64,000 nucleotides of DNA from a bacterium (lineage in GTDB: Bacteria > UBA10199 > 2-02-FULL-50-16 > JAJFLM01), in the NCBI GenBank assembly GCA_965216315.1, contig CBDCFN010000016.1, positions 1,024,001-1,088,000 on the forward strand, read 5' to 3'. Each line of letters opens with the position of its first letter. Position 1 is the first letter of the stretch. This document shows, in pieces, positions 36,652-46,700 of this stretch. The notes below the pieces were generated by a model. The model did no database searches and was not told where the DNA came from. It was given only the letters and a program-made list of their open reading frames with translations. The translations under genes and the position numbers were made by a program.

Positions 36652-37665
36652 ATGTCAGCTGAAATTTTAGCATATCGTGAAGAACAGGAAGGACTTTCAC
36701 CGGGGGAGGAAAAGTCCTTTTTTAAACATCATCTGTTGCCACAGATTATGTTCTTTACGATTGGCTTTCCTAAGGGATCGTTTATCTCAATCGATGTGAC
36801 GGATCAGTGTAATCTCCGCTGTCAGCATTGTTACTTTTTCGAGCAAGAACAAGAAGGCATACTCGATGCCGATGCATGGGAGCAACGCATCCTTGAGATG
36901 AAAAAATCTCATAAAGTCATGTATAGCTGTACATGGGTGGGGGGAGAACCGTTATTGAGGCGCGGTATTATTGAGCAATGCAAATCGCATTTTTTGCATA
37001 ACTTAATCGTTACGAACGGAACGATGCCGCTGCCGGAATGGCAGGATGTGATGTATCATGTTTCCGTTGATGGGAATGAAGCCGCCCATGACAACATGCG
37101 ACGCCAAAAGGGTCTCTATCAACTGATGAAGAAAAACGTGAGCCGTAAAAACCTTCACGTGACGGCTGCAATGTGTGTCACCTCACTCAACGTCGATACT
37201 ATCGAGGAAGTACTCGAGGACTGGTATACAACGACTTATCTCAAAGGAATCATGTTTGATTTCTATACGCCGATTGAAGGCCTGGACGATGATCTTTGGA
37301 TCGGGTGGGAAAAGCGGGATGCTGTCCTCGATCGCTTAGCCGAGCTAAAACGAGAAAAATATGCTGATTTTATCTCGATGCCGGATCGCGCGATCGAATT
37401 AATGAAATCGCCCAATTCGAAACAAGTGACGGACAACTGCATTTTTGAGAAGAAGGGCTATTCCTTGACGACGACGGGGGCGGTTAAAGAAAAATGCATG
37501 CTCGGACCTAAGGCTGACTGCGATCGCTGCGGTTGCGTTGTGCCATTCTATCTTCATTCGCGAATCGAGAAGAAAGAAATCATCAAGTCAACTTATCAGC
37601 ACGTCCGTAACCGCTTTCGCAATCGCTTTCTAGCGACCACTCGGGCTGAGCCAGTCAGTGAATAA
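36652..37665 (+). CDS. Radical SAM protein with C-terminal auxiliary Cys cluster
   Basis: CNLRCQHC, GGEPLLR, VTNG, SVDG; C-terminal C...CDRCGC. Confidence 0.9.
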   Translation: MSAEILAYREEQEGLSPGEEKSFFKHHLLPQIMFFTIGFPKGSFISIDVTDQCNLRCQHCYFFEQEQEGILDADAWEQRILEMKKSHKVMYSCTWVGGEPLLRRGIIEQCKSHFLHNLIVTNGTMPLPEWQDVMYHVSVDGNEAAHDNMRRQKGLYQLMKKNVSRKNLHVTAAMCVTSLNVDTIEEVLEDWYTTTYLKGIMFDFYTPIEGLDDDLWIGWEKRDAVLDRLAELKREKYADFISMPDRAIELMKSPNSKQVTDNCIFEKKGYSLTTTGAVKEKCMLGPKADCDRCGCVVPFYLHSRIEKKEIIKSTYQHVRNRFRNRFLATTRAEPVSE

Positions 37666-37674
37666 AATCAACGC

Positions 37675-38016
37675 TTAGGCCTTGAGAACATTGGCGGCTT
37701 GAGGTCCGCGATTTCCATCAACGATGGAAAAGGAAACTTCTTGCCCTTCTCGAAGTGTCTTGTAACCGTCACCACCGATTGCCGAGTAGTGCACGAATAC
37801 ATCCGGGCCATCGTCTCTTTCAATAAAGCCATAACCTTTAGCATCATTGAACCATTTAACACGGCCCACTGAATCTCCTGCGGGAGTTTCTGACAATTCG
37901 TTCGGGGTTGATTCCGGTGCTGCTTCCTGAGTTTCAGCAGCGCCTTCTGAAGCCAATTCTGCTTCGACGGGATTTCCAGCTTCTTGTTCAGTTTCCGGGA
38001 CTTCGATATCAGACAT
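37675..38016 (-). CDS. Cold-shock domain protein with acidic N-terminal extension
   Basis: [40 protein letters not shown] before the extended start. Confidence 0.92.
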   Translation of the reverse strand: MSDIEVPETEQEAGNPVEAELASEGAAETQEAAPESTPNELSETPAGDSVGRVKWFNDAKGYGFIERDDGPDVFVHYSAIGGDGYKTLREGQEVSFSIVDGNRGPQAANVLKA

Positions 38017-38131
38017 GATTCCTCCTAAAAAAGCGCGGATATTTCAAATTCGGGCCGACGTTAATCGAGGGACTGGCTGCTTGTCAAGCTGGTGATGAGG
38101 CGGCTTGGTGCCGGCTATCGGGGGCTAGCGC

Positions 38132-38479
38132 TTAGCGCTCTTTTTTGCCGACAAAGTAGATGACTTCGTCAGAGCGCAAAAAACCCATTTCCTGGCGGAC
38201 GATGGATTCAAGATATTCTTTGTCTTGGAGCTTCTCGATTTCATGCGTAAGTTCCGCGTTATTGCGCTGTAGATCCTGCAGCATCTCTTCGAGACGCGAC
38301 TCGGTTTTTTGCATATTATGCAGCTTGAGGAGTCCTTGATTGCCGAAGACGGCAAAGAGGGCGAAGGCGCATGCTGCAAGACTGCCCCACTTAAGAATCA
38401 GTGAGGGTCCTAAGGTTTTTTTTACGCCCCTTTTTCGCATGATTACGTAGTATCTACCACGAATTGTTGATCGTTGCAA
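38132..38479 (-). CDS. ftsB: Septum formation initiator FtsB/DivIC family
   Basis: TM, FGNQG, coiled coil, YLESIVRQEMG..DE; real start probably at MRKRG. Confidence 0.8.
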   Translation of the reverse strand: MQRSTIRGRYYVIMRKRGVKKTLGPSLILKWGSLAACAFALFAVFGNQGLLKLHNMQKTESRLEEMLQDLQRNNAELTHEIEKLQDKEYLESIVRQEMGFLRSDEVIYFVGKKER

Positions 38480-38507
38480 TTGTAAGTATATGGCTGCAAA
38501 AGAGTTT

Positions 38508-39503
38508 TTATGAGGTCGACCGGCCCAGGTGTTGATAAGCGCTGGGCGATGCGATGCGACCTCGTTGTGTCCGGTCCAACAGGCCGGATTGGATCAGATA
38601 AGGTTCGTAAATGTCCTCAATCGTACTTTTTTCCTCACTGATCGCTGCGGCCAAGGTATCGACGCCCACGGGACCACCGTTAAACTTATCGATGATGGTC
38701 AACAGGATGAGGCGGTCCATGGCATCCAGCCCTTTATCGTCGACTTCCAGGAGTTCCAGGGCTTGGCAAGCCTCTTCCATGTGAATGACGCCGGAACCCC
38801 GCACTTCGGCATAGTCGCGAACGCGTCTCAGCAGGCGATTGACGATCCGCGGCGTGCCGCGCGAGCGCTTGGCGAGCTCGAGAGCCCCCTCATCATCAAT
38901 CTCAATCTCCAATATTTTCGCTGAGCGGCGTGCAATTTGCTGTAATTCGGCGGCTTCGTAGAAATTGAGGCGGAAACTCATGCCGAAACGGTCTCGGAGG
39001 GGTGACGTCAGGAGGCCGGCCCGAGTGGTTGCCCCGACCAGGGTAAATGGGGGCAAATCCAGCTGCAGGGAGCGTGCCGAGGGCCCCTCACCAATTATAA
39101 TATCCAGCTTGCAGTCTTCCATCGCCGGGTAAAGGGTTTCTTCAACAATATGAGATAAGCGATGAATTTCATCGATGAAAAGTACGTCGTTAGCTTCGAG
39201 GTTCGTCAGGAGGGCGGCCAGATCTCCGGCACGTTCCAGGGCGGGCCCCGACGTCGTACGAATATTAACGCCCATCTCGGTGGCAATAATGTGGGCCAGG
39301 GAGGTCTTCCCCAGGCCGGGGGGGCCGTAGAAGAGGACATGATCGAGGCCTTCGTTACGCTGGCGGGCCGCGGTCACGAAAATGTTTAGTTTCTCTTTGA
39401 TACTGCTCTGGCCAATATACTCACCCAGATCGTGGGGCCGAAGGTTCTGGTCCCATTGACGCTCATTTTCGTTAGTACTCGGGAGAGCCGAAAGGTCTTC
39501 CAT
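38508..39503 (-). CDS. ruvB: Holliday junction helicase RuvB
   Basis: [35 protein letters not shown]. Confidence 0.98.
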   Translation of the reverse strand: MEDLSALPSTNENERQWDQNLRPHDLGEYIGQSSIKEKLNIFVTAARQRNEGLDHVLFYGPPGLGKTSLAHIIATEMGVNIRTTSGPALERAGDLAALLTNLEANDVLFIDEIHRLSHIVEETLYPAMEDCKLDIIIGEGPSARSLQLDLPPFTLVGATTRAGLLTSPLRDRFGMSFRLNFYEAAELQQIARRSAKILEIEIDDEGALELAKRSRGTPRIVNRLLRRVRDYAEVRGSGVIHMEEACQALELLEVDDKGLDAMDRLILLTIIDKFNGGPVGVDTLAAAISEEKSTIEDIYEPYLIQSGLLDRTQRGRIASPSAYQHLGRSTS

Positions 39504-40126
39504 TAGTGGTTCACTCCACTTCGGGTGGCATTACCCCCCAATTGTTGCAGGGTGAGCCGGATCGCTTCTTGTAGCGGCGTGTCCGCTGCAAAGTTTAATT
39601 CTTGGAGGGCCTTCTCGGCCAGATTGCGTTTGTAACCGAGATTGAGCAGGACCGAGAGCAGATCTTCATGCAGCGGGGCCTGCCGGCTCGGCCCGGCGCC
39701 TCCGTTGCCGTCACCCCCTTGGAGATCCACCAGCTTGTCTTTGAGGTCGAGTATCAATCTTTCTCCGGTTTTTTTGCCGACGCCCGGGATTGACGTTATG
39801 CGGATCAGATCTTCACGGCGCAAGGCATCAATGAGCTGCTCCGCCGAAATGCCAGAGAGTATATTGAGTGCCAATCGCGGTCCGACTCCATTGACCCGAA
39901 TGAGCCGCTTAAATAATTGCTTTTCCCGCACGTTCCAAAATCCGAACAGGACGAGTTCGTCTTCTCTCACATGGGTGTGGATGTGGAGCGATACCGTTTT
40001 TCCCGGCTCGGGTAGACGCTGATAGGTTGCTAAGCTTAATAATACCTCGTAACCAATCCCTTTGACGTCAATAATCAGTGATTGAGGGGTACTTTCGGTG
40101 AGAGTGCCTGTTAATTGTGCAATCAT
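39503..40126 (-). CDS. ruvA: Holliday junction binding protein RuvA
   Basis: [26 protein letters not shown]. Confidence 0.97.
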   Translation of the reverse strand: MIAQLTGTLTESTPQSLIIDVKGIGYEVLLSLATYQRLPEPGKTVSLHIHTHVREDELVLFGFWNVREKQLFKRLIRVNGVGPRLALNILSGISAEQLIDALRREDLIRITSIPGVGKKTGERLILDLKDKLVDLQGGDGNGGAGPSRQAPLHEDLLSVLLNLGYKRNLAEKALQELNFAADTPLQEAIRLTLQQLGGNATRSGVNH

Positions 40127-40635
40127 GAACGCCCTCCGAGATTTGCAGCCAGCGTGCGCCGTTGGTTCAGCCCATAACTCTGTGCATGGCAGATTGCAAC
40201 GGCTAAAGCATCGGCGGCATCCGCTTGCGGGGGCTCGCGCAGGCCCAGAATCATGCAGATCATTTTTTGAACCTGTTCTTTCTGGGCGCGCCCACTCCCG
40301 GTGACGGCCTGCTTGATTTCATTGGGGCTATATTCGGCAAGGGGGAGGGCGGAACGTCCCGCCGTTATCATGATAGCACCGCGACATTGGCCTAGCTTGA
40401 GAGCGGACGCCGCATTCTTGGCAAAAAAAGCCTTTTCCAGGGAGAGCGCGTCCGGTTGAAATTTTGCAAGCAGCTCATCGATGCGCCTTGAGATAAACGT
40501 GAGGCGCGTTACCATTTCATCGCTGGCGCGAGGGACAATGCATCCATTATCCAAATGGCGAAACTGATTTCTCTCCGCTTGGATGACGCCGTAACCCGTG
40601 ATACGTGTCCCCGGATCTATGCCGAGTATTATCAT
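40123..40635 (-). CDS. ruvC: Crossover junction endonuclease RuvC
   Basis: ILGIDPG, LGQCRG, DAADALAVAICH. Confidence 0.97.
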   Translation of the reverse strand: MIILGIDPGTRITGYGVIQAERNQFRHLDNGCIVPRASDEMVTRLTFISRRIDELLAKFQPDALSLEKAFFAKNAASALKLGQCRGAIMITAGRSALPLAEYSPNEIKQAVTGSGRAQKEQVQKMICMILGLREPPQADAADALAVAICHAQSYGLNQRRTLAANLGGRS

Positions 40636-40657
40636 AATTAAGCGACCGACTGACTAG

Positions 40658-41416
40658 TCAAACGATTTGACTAATACGCTGCATCTCATCATCGGAGATG
40701 TCCATGTTGGAATAAACATGTTGTGTATCGTCTTGATCTTCAAGGACATCAAGTAACTTGATCATTTGTTCGGCGTCTTTGCCTGCCAATTTAACGGAAT
40801 TTTTGGGTATCGCCGAGATTTCAGCTTCCATGATCTCGATATTGGCGGCTTTGGTTTTATCGCGGACTTCTTCAAAGCCGGCAGGTTCCGTAATGATCTC
40901 CCAGTAATCACCTTCGTCGCGCAGGTCCTCGGCACCCGCTTCAAGCGCCGATTCCATGAGCGTATCTTCATCCGGTTGGGCTGTCTTGGAGACGCGAATC
41001 AGTCCTTTCTTTTCAAAAATCCATGCGACGCAGCCGGGTTCTCCGAGGCTGCCGCCATTTTTAGACAGACCATGTCGGACTTCGGCCAACGTGCGGTTGC
41101 GATTATCGGTTAAAACTTCCATCAGAATCGCGGTGCCGCCCGGCCCATATCCTTCTAAAGAAAATTCCTCGTACTGAGTTGCATCGGCATCGGCTCCGGA
41201 TCCCTTTTTAATAGCGCGCTCAATGTTATCATTGGGCATGTTGGCGGCCTTGGCGATATCCATGGCCCGGCGTAGTCGTGGGTTTCCGTCGGGGTCGCCT
41301 CCACTGCGCGCGGCGACCGTAATTTCCCGGATTAATTTAGAAAAGAGTTTACCACGTTTGGCATCAGCCGCGCCTTTTTTGCGTTTAATTGTCGACCATT
41401 TGGAGTGTCCCGACAT
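40658..41416 (-). CDS. yebC: YebC/PmpR family protein
   Basis: [28 protein letters not shown]. Confidence 0.96.
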   Translation of the reverse strand: MSGHSKWSTIKRKKGAADAKRGKLFSKLIREITVAARSGGDPDGNPRLRRAMDIAKAANMPNDNIERAIKKGSGADADATQYEEFSLEGYGPGGTAILMEVLTDNRNRTLAEVRHGLSKNGGSLGEPGCVAWIFEKKGLIRVSKTAQPDEDTLMESALEAGAEDLRDEGDYWEIITEPAGFEEVRDKTKAANIEIMEAEISAIPKNSVKLAGKDAEQMIKLLDVLEDQDDTQHVYSNMDISDDEMQRISQIV

Positions 41417-41459
41417 GGCTATTTCTTAGCACTGGATTTATTTGAATGCAACTGTAGGT

Positions 41460-42974
41460 CTATTTAACGAGAAATGACTTCTTCGCTTCTCCAATCATGT
41501 TGCCGAAGCGGTCACGGATGTGGATCTTGACCTGGTACTGGCCGGTGGCAATTCGCAACGGAAGTAAAAAACTACTGCTCAGTTGCTGGGTACCGGATTC
41601 ATTGAGTGGGAATCGCTTGTTGATAACATTGAGGAGGTCAATAAGGGTTTCATCGTTGGGATCAGTGACCAGGATATCTTGCTGAAGCCAGGCTTCGTTC
41701 TGCTGCGTAATGTATCCCGATACCTCGGCCGTGAGGTAAACGATTTCTCCGGGTGTATATAAAGGTTCGTCGGCTAAGGCGGGGGCTTTGGCCTGGCCAA
41801 AGGTGAATGACGCGACTTTGAGGCGCATTCCCAGATAATATTTCATTTGGCTCGGAAGATCGGGAAGTGTCCAGGGCCCAATTTTAAGGACGCGTTCATT
41901 TCTAATAAAACTATCCTGGTTATGGAGCCCATAATATCCCAGGCCACTAATCATCGCTATCATCATTATCAAGGCAAGAAAGCGCCGTAACGACCAGCCC
42001 ATGCGGATGACAGTCGTTCGGGCCGCGATGTCACCCGGTCTTTGCTTGCATGAGGCGAGCATGGCGCATAAATAGCCCAGCGGATTGTGATCGAGGACTC
42101 TGAACAGATTGCGGAGCAGGGAGCCTGAAACGCCGACGGGTCGAAAATCTTCGCTCACCACGCGAAGCCCGAAAAAAAGTTTCGCGGGAGTTCCTCCGGC
42201 AATGGTTTCACAAAGTATCCAGTAGGCCACAAAGAGTACGGGCCCGGCCAGCAGGAGTTCATTGGTTATGGTCGGACGACTGACGGGTAAAGATAAGAGG
42301 AAAAATAAGCTAGTGACGGCAAAAATAGCCATGTCGATGAATACGGCGATGGTCCGACGGGTCACACTTCCCCATTCAACATCTTTGGCCTGAGTAACGG
42401 CATGGCCTTTGGTGCGGGTTTGTCTTACCGTCGTGCCACCGAGCCAATCACCGAGGCGTTGCCGTCTTTCACTGCCTTCGGCAACACCGAACCCCGCGAT
42501 TGGAAACAAGGCTATATCGATGAAACGAACAATATTTCTGAGTACGACGCCCAAGAGCGAAGGAGGGCCCCCTAAGCGATGCGTTACGCTGAGACCGCAC
42601 ATGAATTTTCCAGGCGTGCGTCCGAGTACGCCCTCAAAGAGGAAAAAATAGGCGAAAATAACGGCTGCGATGCTGCCGAGTAAAGGGAGGCTTTTTAATG
42701 TCGTCCAATCGCTTATATCGATGGCGGGTAGCCGCAATCTCGTCCCGAATAGCCGATAGCCGACGACGAGCAGATAGCCGATGACGGTCGAGTCGATCAG
42801 TAAGGCCGCAAACCGGGCTGAAAACGAGGCATAAGGTTCTTCAACCGGAACTTCCTCAAGCGGTCGGTACTGGGTTTCGGTCCCGCTGTAGTCGCCGGCA
42901 TAGTCATCCGGCGATTTGGGGGGAATTCGCTCCAATTCAGTCGAATCGAGGTCTGCTGATTCGGCTTGGTTCAT
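41460..42974 (-). CDS. Tandem RDD-domain membrane protein with C-terminal beta-sandwich
   Basis: Two R..A..ID / GxTPGK / QRxGD units. Confidence 0.85.
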   Translation of the reverse strand: MNQAESADLDSTELERIPPKSPDDYAGDYSGTETQYRPLEEVPVEEPYASFSARFAALLIDSTVIGYLLVVGYRLFGTRLRLPAIDISDWTTLKSLPLLGSIAAVIFAYFFLFEGVLGRTPGKFMCGLSVTHRLGGPPSLLGVVLRNIVRFIDIALFPIAGFGVAEGSERRQRLGDWLGGTTVRQTRTKGHAVTQAKDVEWGSVTRRTIAVFIDMAIFAVTSLFFLLSLPVSRPTITNELLLAGPVLFVAYWILCETIAGGTPAKLFFGLRVVSEDFRPVGVSGSLLRNLFRVLDHNPLGYLCAMLASCKQRPGDIAARTTVIRMGWSLRRFLALIMMIAMISGLGYYGLHNQDSFIRNERVLKIGPWTLPDLPSQMKYYLGMRLKVASFTFGQAKAPALADEPLYTPGEIVYLTAEVSGYITQQNEAWLQQDILVTDPNDETLIDLLNVINKRFPLNESGTQQLSSSFLLPLRIATGQYQVKIHIRDRFGNMIGEAKKSFLVK

Positions 42975-43714
42975 GAGTTATTTCCTCTCAGTTCTTCAGG
43001 CACGTCAGTGATAATACCATCGACTCCGGCCCGCGTCAGCTCAAGATAAATGGCCGGGTCATTGACCGTCCAGACGTAAATAGCGTAGCCCTCAGCGCGC
43101 CAAGCCTCAATTCGATCCCGAGTGGCCAATTTGAATGGCGGATGGATCGAATGAAGATGCAACCATTTCGATGACCATCCGGGCTTGCCAATCCGGTATT
43201 GAGTCGGATGGATTAGAAAACCCGTTTTAATGGATGATGTCAATTTTTGCAATCGTAGCAGGGGCAGGTGGTAAAAGGACGAGACGAGGACCTGCTCCAT
43301 CATGTCGCGCTGCATGAGGGGCTGTAACAGCGCTGAGTCGAGATAATCCGCTTTCCAATTGGATCCCTTGATTTCGATATTCAGCATTAATTTATGGCGG
43401 GTGAGATCGAGTAGTTCTGATAAAAAAATGGGGCGACCCGTTAGCGGGAGGCCTCCATTAGGGTTTTCGGTATGAAACTGCATGTCGCCTATTTGAGCCG
43501 CGGTTAGACTTGAGACTTTAAGTTTTTTGCCGGTGAGCCTGGCGACGCTTTCATCATGAAAGCAGACGAGCTGCCCGTCTTTGGTGCGCCTCAGGTCAAT
43601 TTCGACGCCTTCCAGTCCTAAGGTGACCGCCTTTTCAATCGCCTCAAAGGAATTTTCAGGGGCATAGGCTGTGGCCCCTCGATGGGCTATGATGAGAGGG
43701 GTTGAGCGTGTCAT
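42971..43714 (-). CDS. Glycerophosphodiester phosphodiesterase
   Basis: IIAHRG, PENS, EIDL..TKDG, HD, NIEIK, WTVN, GIITD; ATGA overlap with the upstream gene. Confidence 0.93.
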   Translation of the reverse strand: MTRSTPLIIAHRGATAYAPENSFEAIEKAVTLGLEGVEIDLRRTKDGQLVCFHDESVARLTGKKLKVSSLTAAQIGDMQFHTENPNGGLPLTGRPIFLSELLDLTRHKLMLNIEIKGSNWKADYLDSALLQPLMQRDMMEQVLVSSFYHLPLLRLQKLTSSIKTGFLIHPTQYRIGKPGWSSKWLHLHSIHPPFKLATRDRIEAWRAEGYAIYVWTVNDPAIYLELTRAGVDGIITDVPEELRGNNS

Positions 43715-46700
43715 GAAGGAAGCCACCGATAGACCGAGCCTGGAGAAACACCGAGCATTCGGGCGGCATGGTAGGGTCGTTCATCAGAAAGTCTAAAGGC
43801 CAGGGCAAACACTTCTTTTTTGATATCATCAAGCTTCGTTTCATTTTCATAGCTAAATGAAAATCGCTCGTATTCCTGACGTCGACGTTTAAATTTCTCC
43901 TTGCGGAGCCGGTTGTAAAGTGTGGCCTGCCCAACGCCTAACGAGTGGGCCGTGGAGACGACATCAAAATCAAAATGCATCAAAGCTTTCGCCATTATGA
44001 TGGATTCAATATCTTTCCAATGCATTTGTTGTTGCAGCAGGTCCTCAAAAAATGACGGACTGGGTGATTCCGAAGCGCGTGGGGCTGACATCTCGCTAAA
44101 CGGGAACTGCGGTTTGAGCGCCTTGCGATCGGCCTCAGGCAGATCGGCTAATTCGATAGTTTTTCCGTCGGAGAGGGCGCAGGCGACGCGAATACGGTTT
44201 GAAAGCTCGCGAACATTTCCCGGCCATCGATAGTTGATAAAAACTTTCATTAAATCTTGCGAGATGCGTGGTGCTTTTTTGAGATTTTGTTCTTTCATAT
44301 AGTTTTTGATGAAGTGCTGTGCCAGCAGGGGAATGTCATCCTTGCGCTCACGTAACGGAGGCAAATCCAATTGGATCTCTGCGAGTCGATAGAAAAGATC
44401 TTCCCGGAATTCCCCGCTTGCAATTCGTGATTTTAGATCTTGATGGGTTGCACTGACAACGCGTACATTTATTGGGATTGTTTGGGTGTCGCCCAAGCGG
44501 ACAATTTCTCTTTCTTGTAAGGTACGCAATAATTTTACTTGCAGACTTGTATCGAGCTCACCAATTTCATCAAGAAAAATAGTTCCACCGTCGGCTTCTT
44601 CGAGCAGACCTTTTTTGTCACGATTCGCTCCGGTAAAAGCCCCCGCTTTGTAGCCGAATAATTCTGATTCAATGAGGTTGGCCGGGAGTGCGCCGCAATT
44701 GATCGCAATAAACTTTTTTTTGCAACGTGGGCTGTTCTGGTGGAGGGCTCTTGCAATAAGTTCTTTGCCGGTTCCGGACTCACCATGAATCAGCACGGAA
44801 AGATCCGTGGCCGTAATACGATCTAAGAGGTGAAAGACTTTTTCCATCGCGGCACTTTGAGCAATGATCTCGGAGTAGGGGTAGCGTGTCTCGAGGCTTT
44901 TTTCGCGTATAAGTGCTTCGTATCCTTCGATCTTGTCTTCAGCATCGTGTAATTGGCCGGCTAGGAGGCGATTTTGTTCTTCAATTCGATTAATAAGGCG
45001 TGCATTCTCGATCGCCAAGCCCGCTTGATCTGCAAAAGCTTGTACAATGCGCTCCAGCGAATCATCAAAGAGTGAGGTTTGGAAGCGATGTATCAGGTAG
45101 AGGACGCCAATAACCTTGCCCTGGGAGCGAATCGGGACGCAGAATATCGATTTAAGCCCCAACAACATCACGGATCGATATTCTTTAAAGTTTTCGTCCT
45201 CCATCGCGTTGTCTGAACGAAGGGCACGGCCCTCGCGAAGAGTCTGCTTGGCAACATGCTGACTGATTTGAGAAAGGTCTTCGTCGACATCGATGTTTTG
45301 AGATGTTGCGACTGAAAGCTCTCCTTCTGTATTGACGAGCAGAATAAGTCCACTTTCCGCTTTCGATAACTTCAGGGCATATTTGAGAACCAGCGAAAGT
45401 AGGGCGGGCAAATTCCGCTCGGTATTGAGGAATTGGTTAATTTCAAGCACTGCTTCCAACCAATGAAGCGGCTCCTTATCTAGATTGATTTGAGAAACTG
45501 TGGGAGCATCGATTTTCGCAGACTGATCAACTTTTGGTGCGACGGCTTTAAGCTGCGATGATTTAGATCGTGCCGAGGTCGGGTCGAGCGGAGATCGCTT
45601 GCGCAAAAATTCAACCCTCTCTTGTTGTTCCTTCGTTGTCGCGTGATGGAGCAGGTCAGGGTAGAGACTGCTAAAATCCTCATAGTTTTCTTGATCGAGT
45701 GCTAACAGACTCAAGGCTTGGTAGATATAAAAAAGAAAGCCTTCTAATGACTTTTCATTTGTAATGAGGTGGCGTACTTCCGTCAGGAGGTCACGAGCCT
45801 TATCGTATTCATGTTGCTCCCGGGAGATTTCGCCAAGTTCCAGCATGGCCCGCGCTTTCAGTGAAAGTGCATGCGGCGTACCTTCATTGGCCTGTTTCAG
45901 TAGCTTCAATGATAATTCAAGATTTTCCCGTGCGGGAGCAGTGCGACCCAACTCTTTCTCAATGACCCCGATATTTTGCGCAACGGCCGCTGCGGCTAAA
46001 TAATCTTTGAGGTAACGGGCTAAATCGAGGGCGCGATTATAGTGATCAATCGTATCATTGGGTTTATTAAGTTGATTGAAAGCGTTGCCAAGCCCGTTAT
46101 AGGCCCGCAGCAATAAATCCCATTTCCGCAGTTGGCGTGCCCCGGCGGCCGACTCTCTATAATGATGGATCGCATCTTTCCGGTTGGCGTTTTGCAGGTA
46201 ACATTCCCCCAGCAGGTAATGAGTGCGGATTTTGTAGGAAAGATCTCCTAGTCCTTCATGGAAGGCTAAGTACTCTTCAAGTATTTTAATGGCTTCTTCG
46301 TATTGGCCTTTTTGCATCAAGGTAACGCCAAAGTCATTGTTGACGACGAGGGACTTTTCCTCGGCAGATAATTGCTGCCACTGATGATGAGTGTCTCGAA
46401 ATATCTCGATAGCTTGGTCGATATGACCGGATTGATTGAGGGCGTAGGCCTGAAAGTTAAGCAAGCGTAATTGGAGAGGGCGGTCCAATTCTTCCATCTC
46501 TTCCAAGAGAACTTTGGCGGCTTCGATATCACGGCCCGCTTCGCCTAATTTGCCTTCCTGAATACACAGCCAGGCCTTTCGTTCCAGTAGCTCAGCACGC
46601 AATTTGAGGCGGATCTCACTCCCTTTCACCTTCTTGGAGAGCTGGTCCGCTTCTTTGAGTAAATCATCAATGCCCTCATGCTGATTCATTCGAAGTTGAT

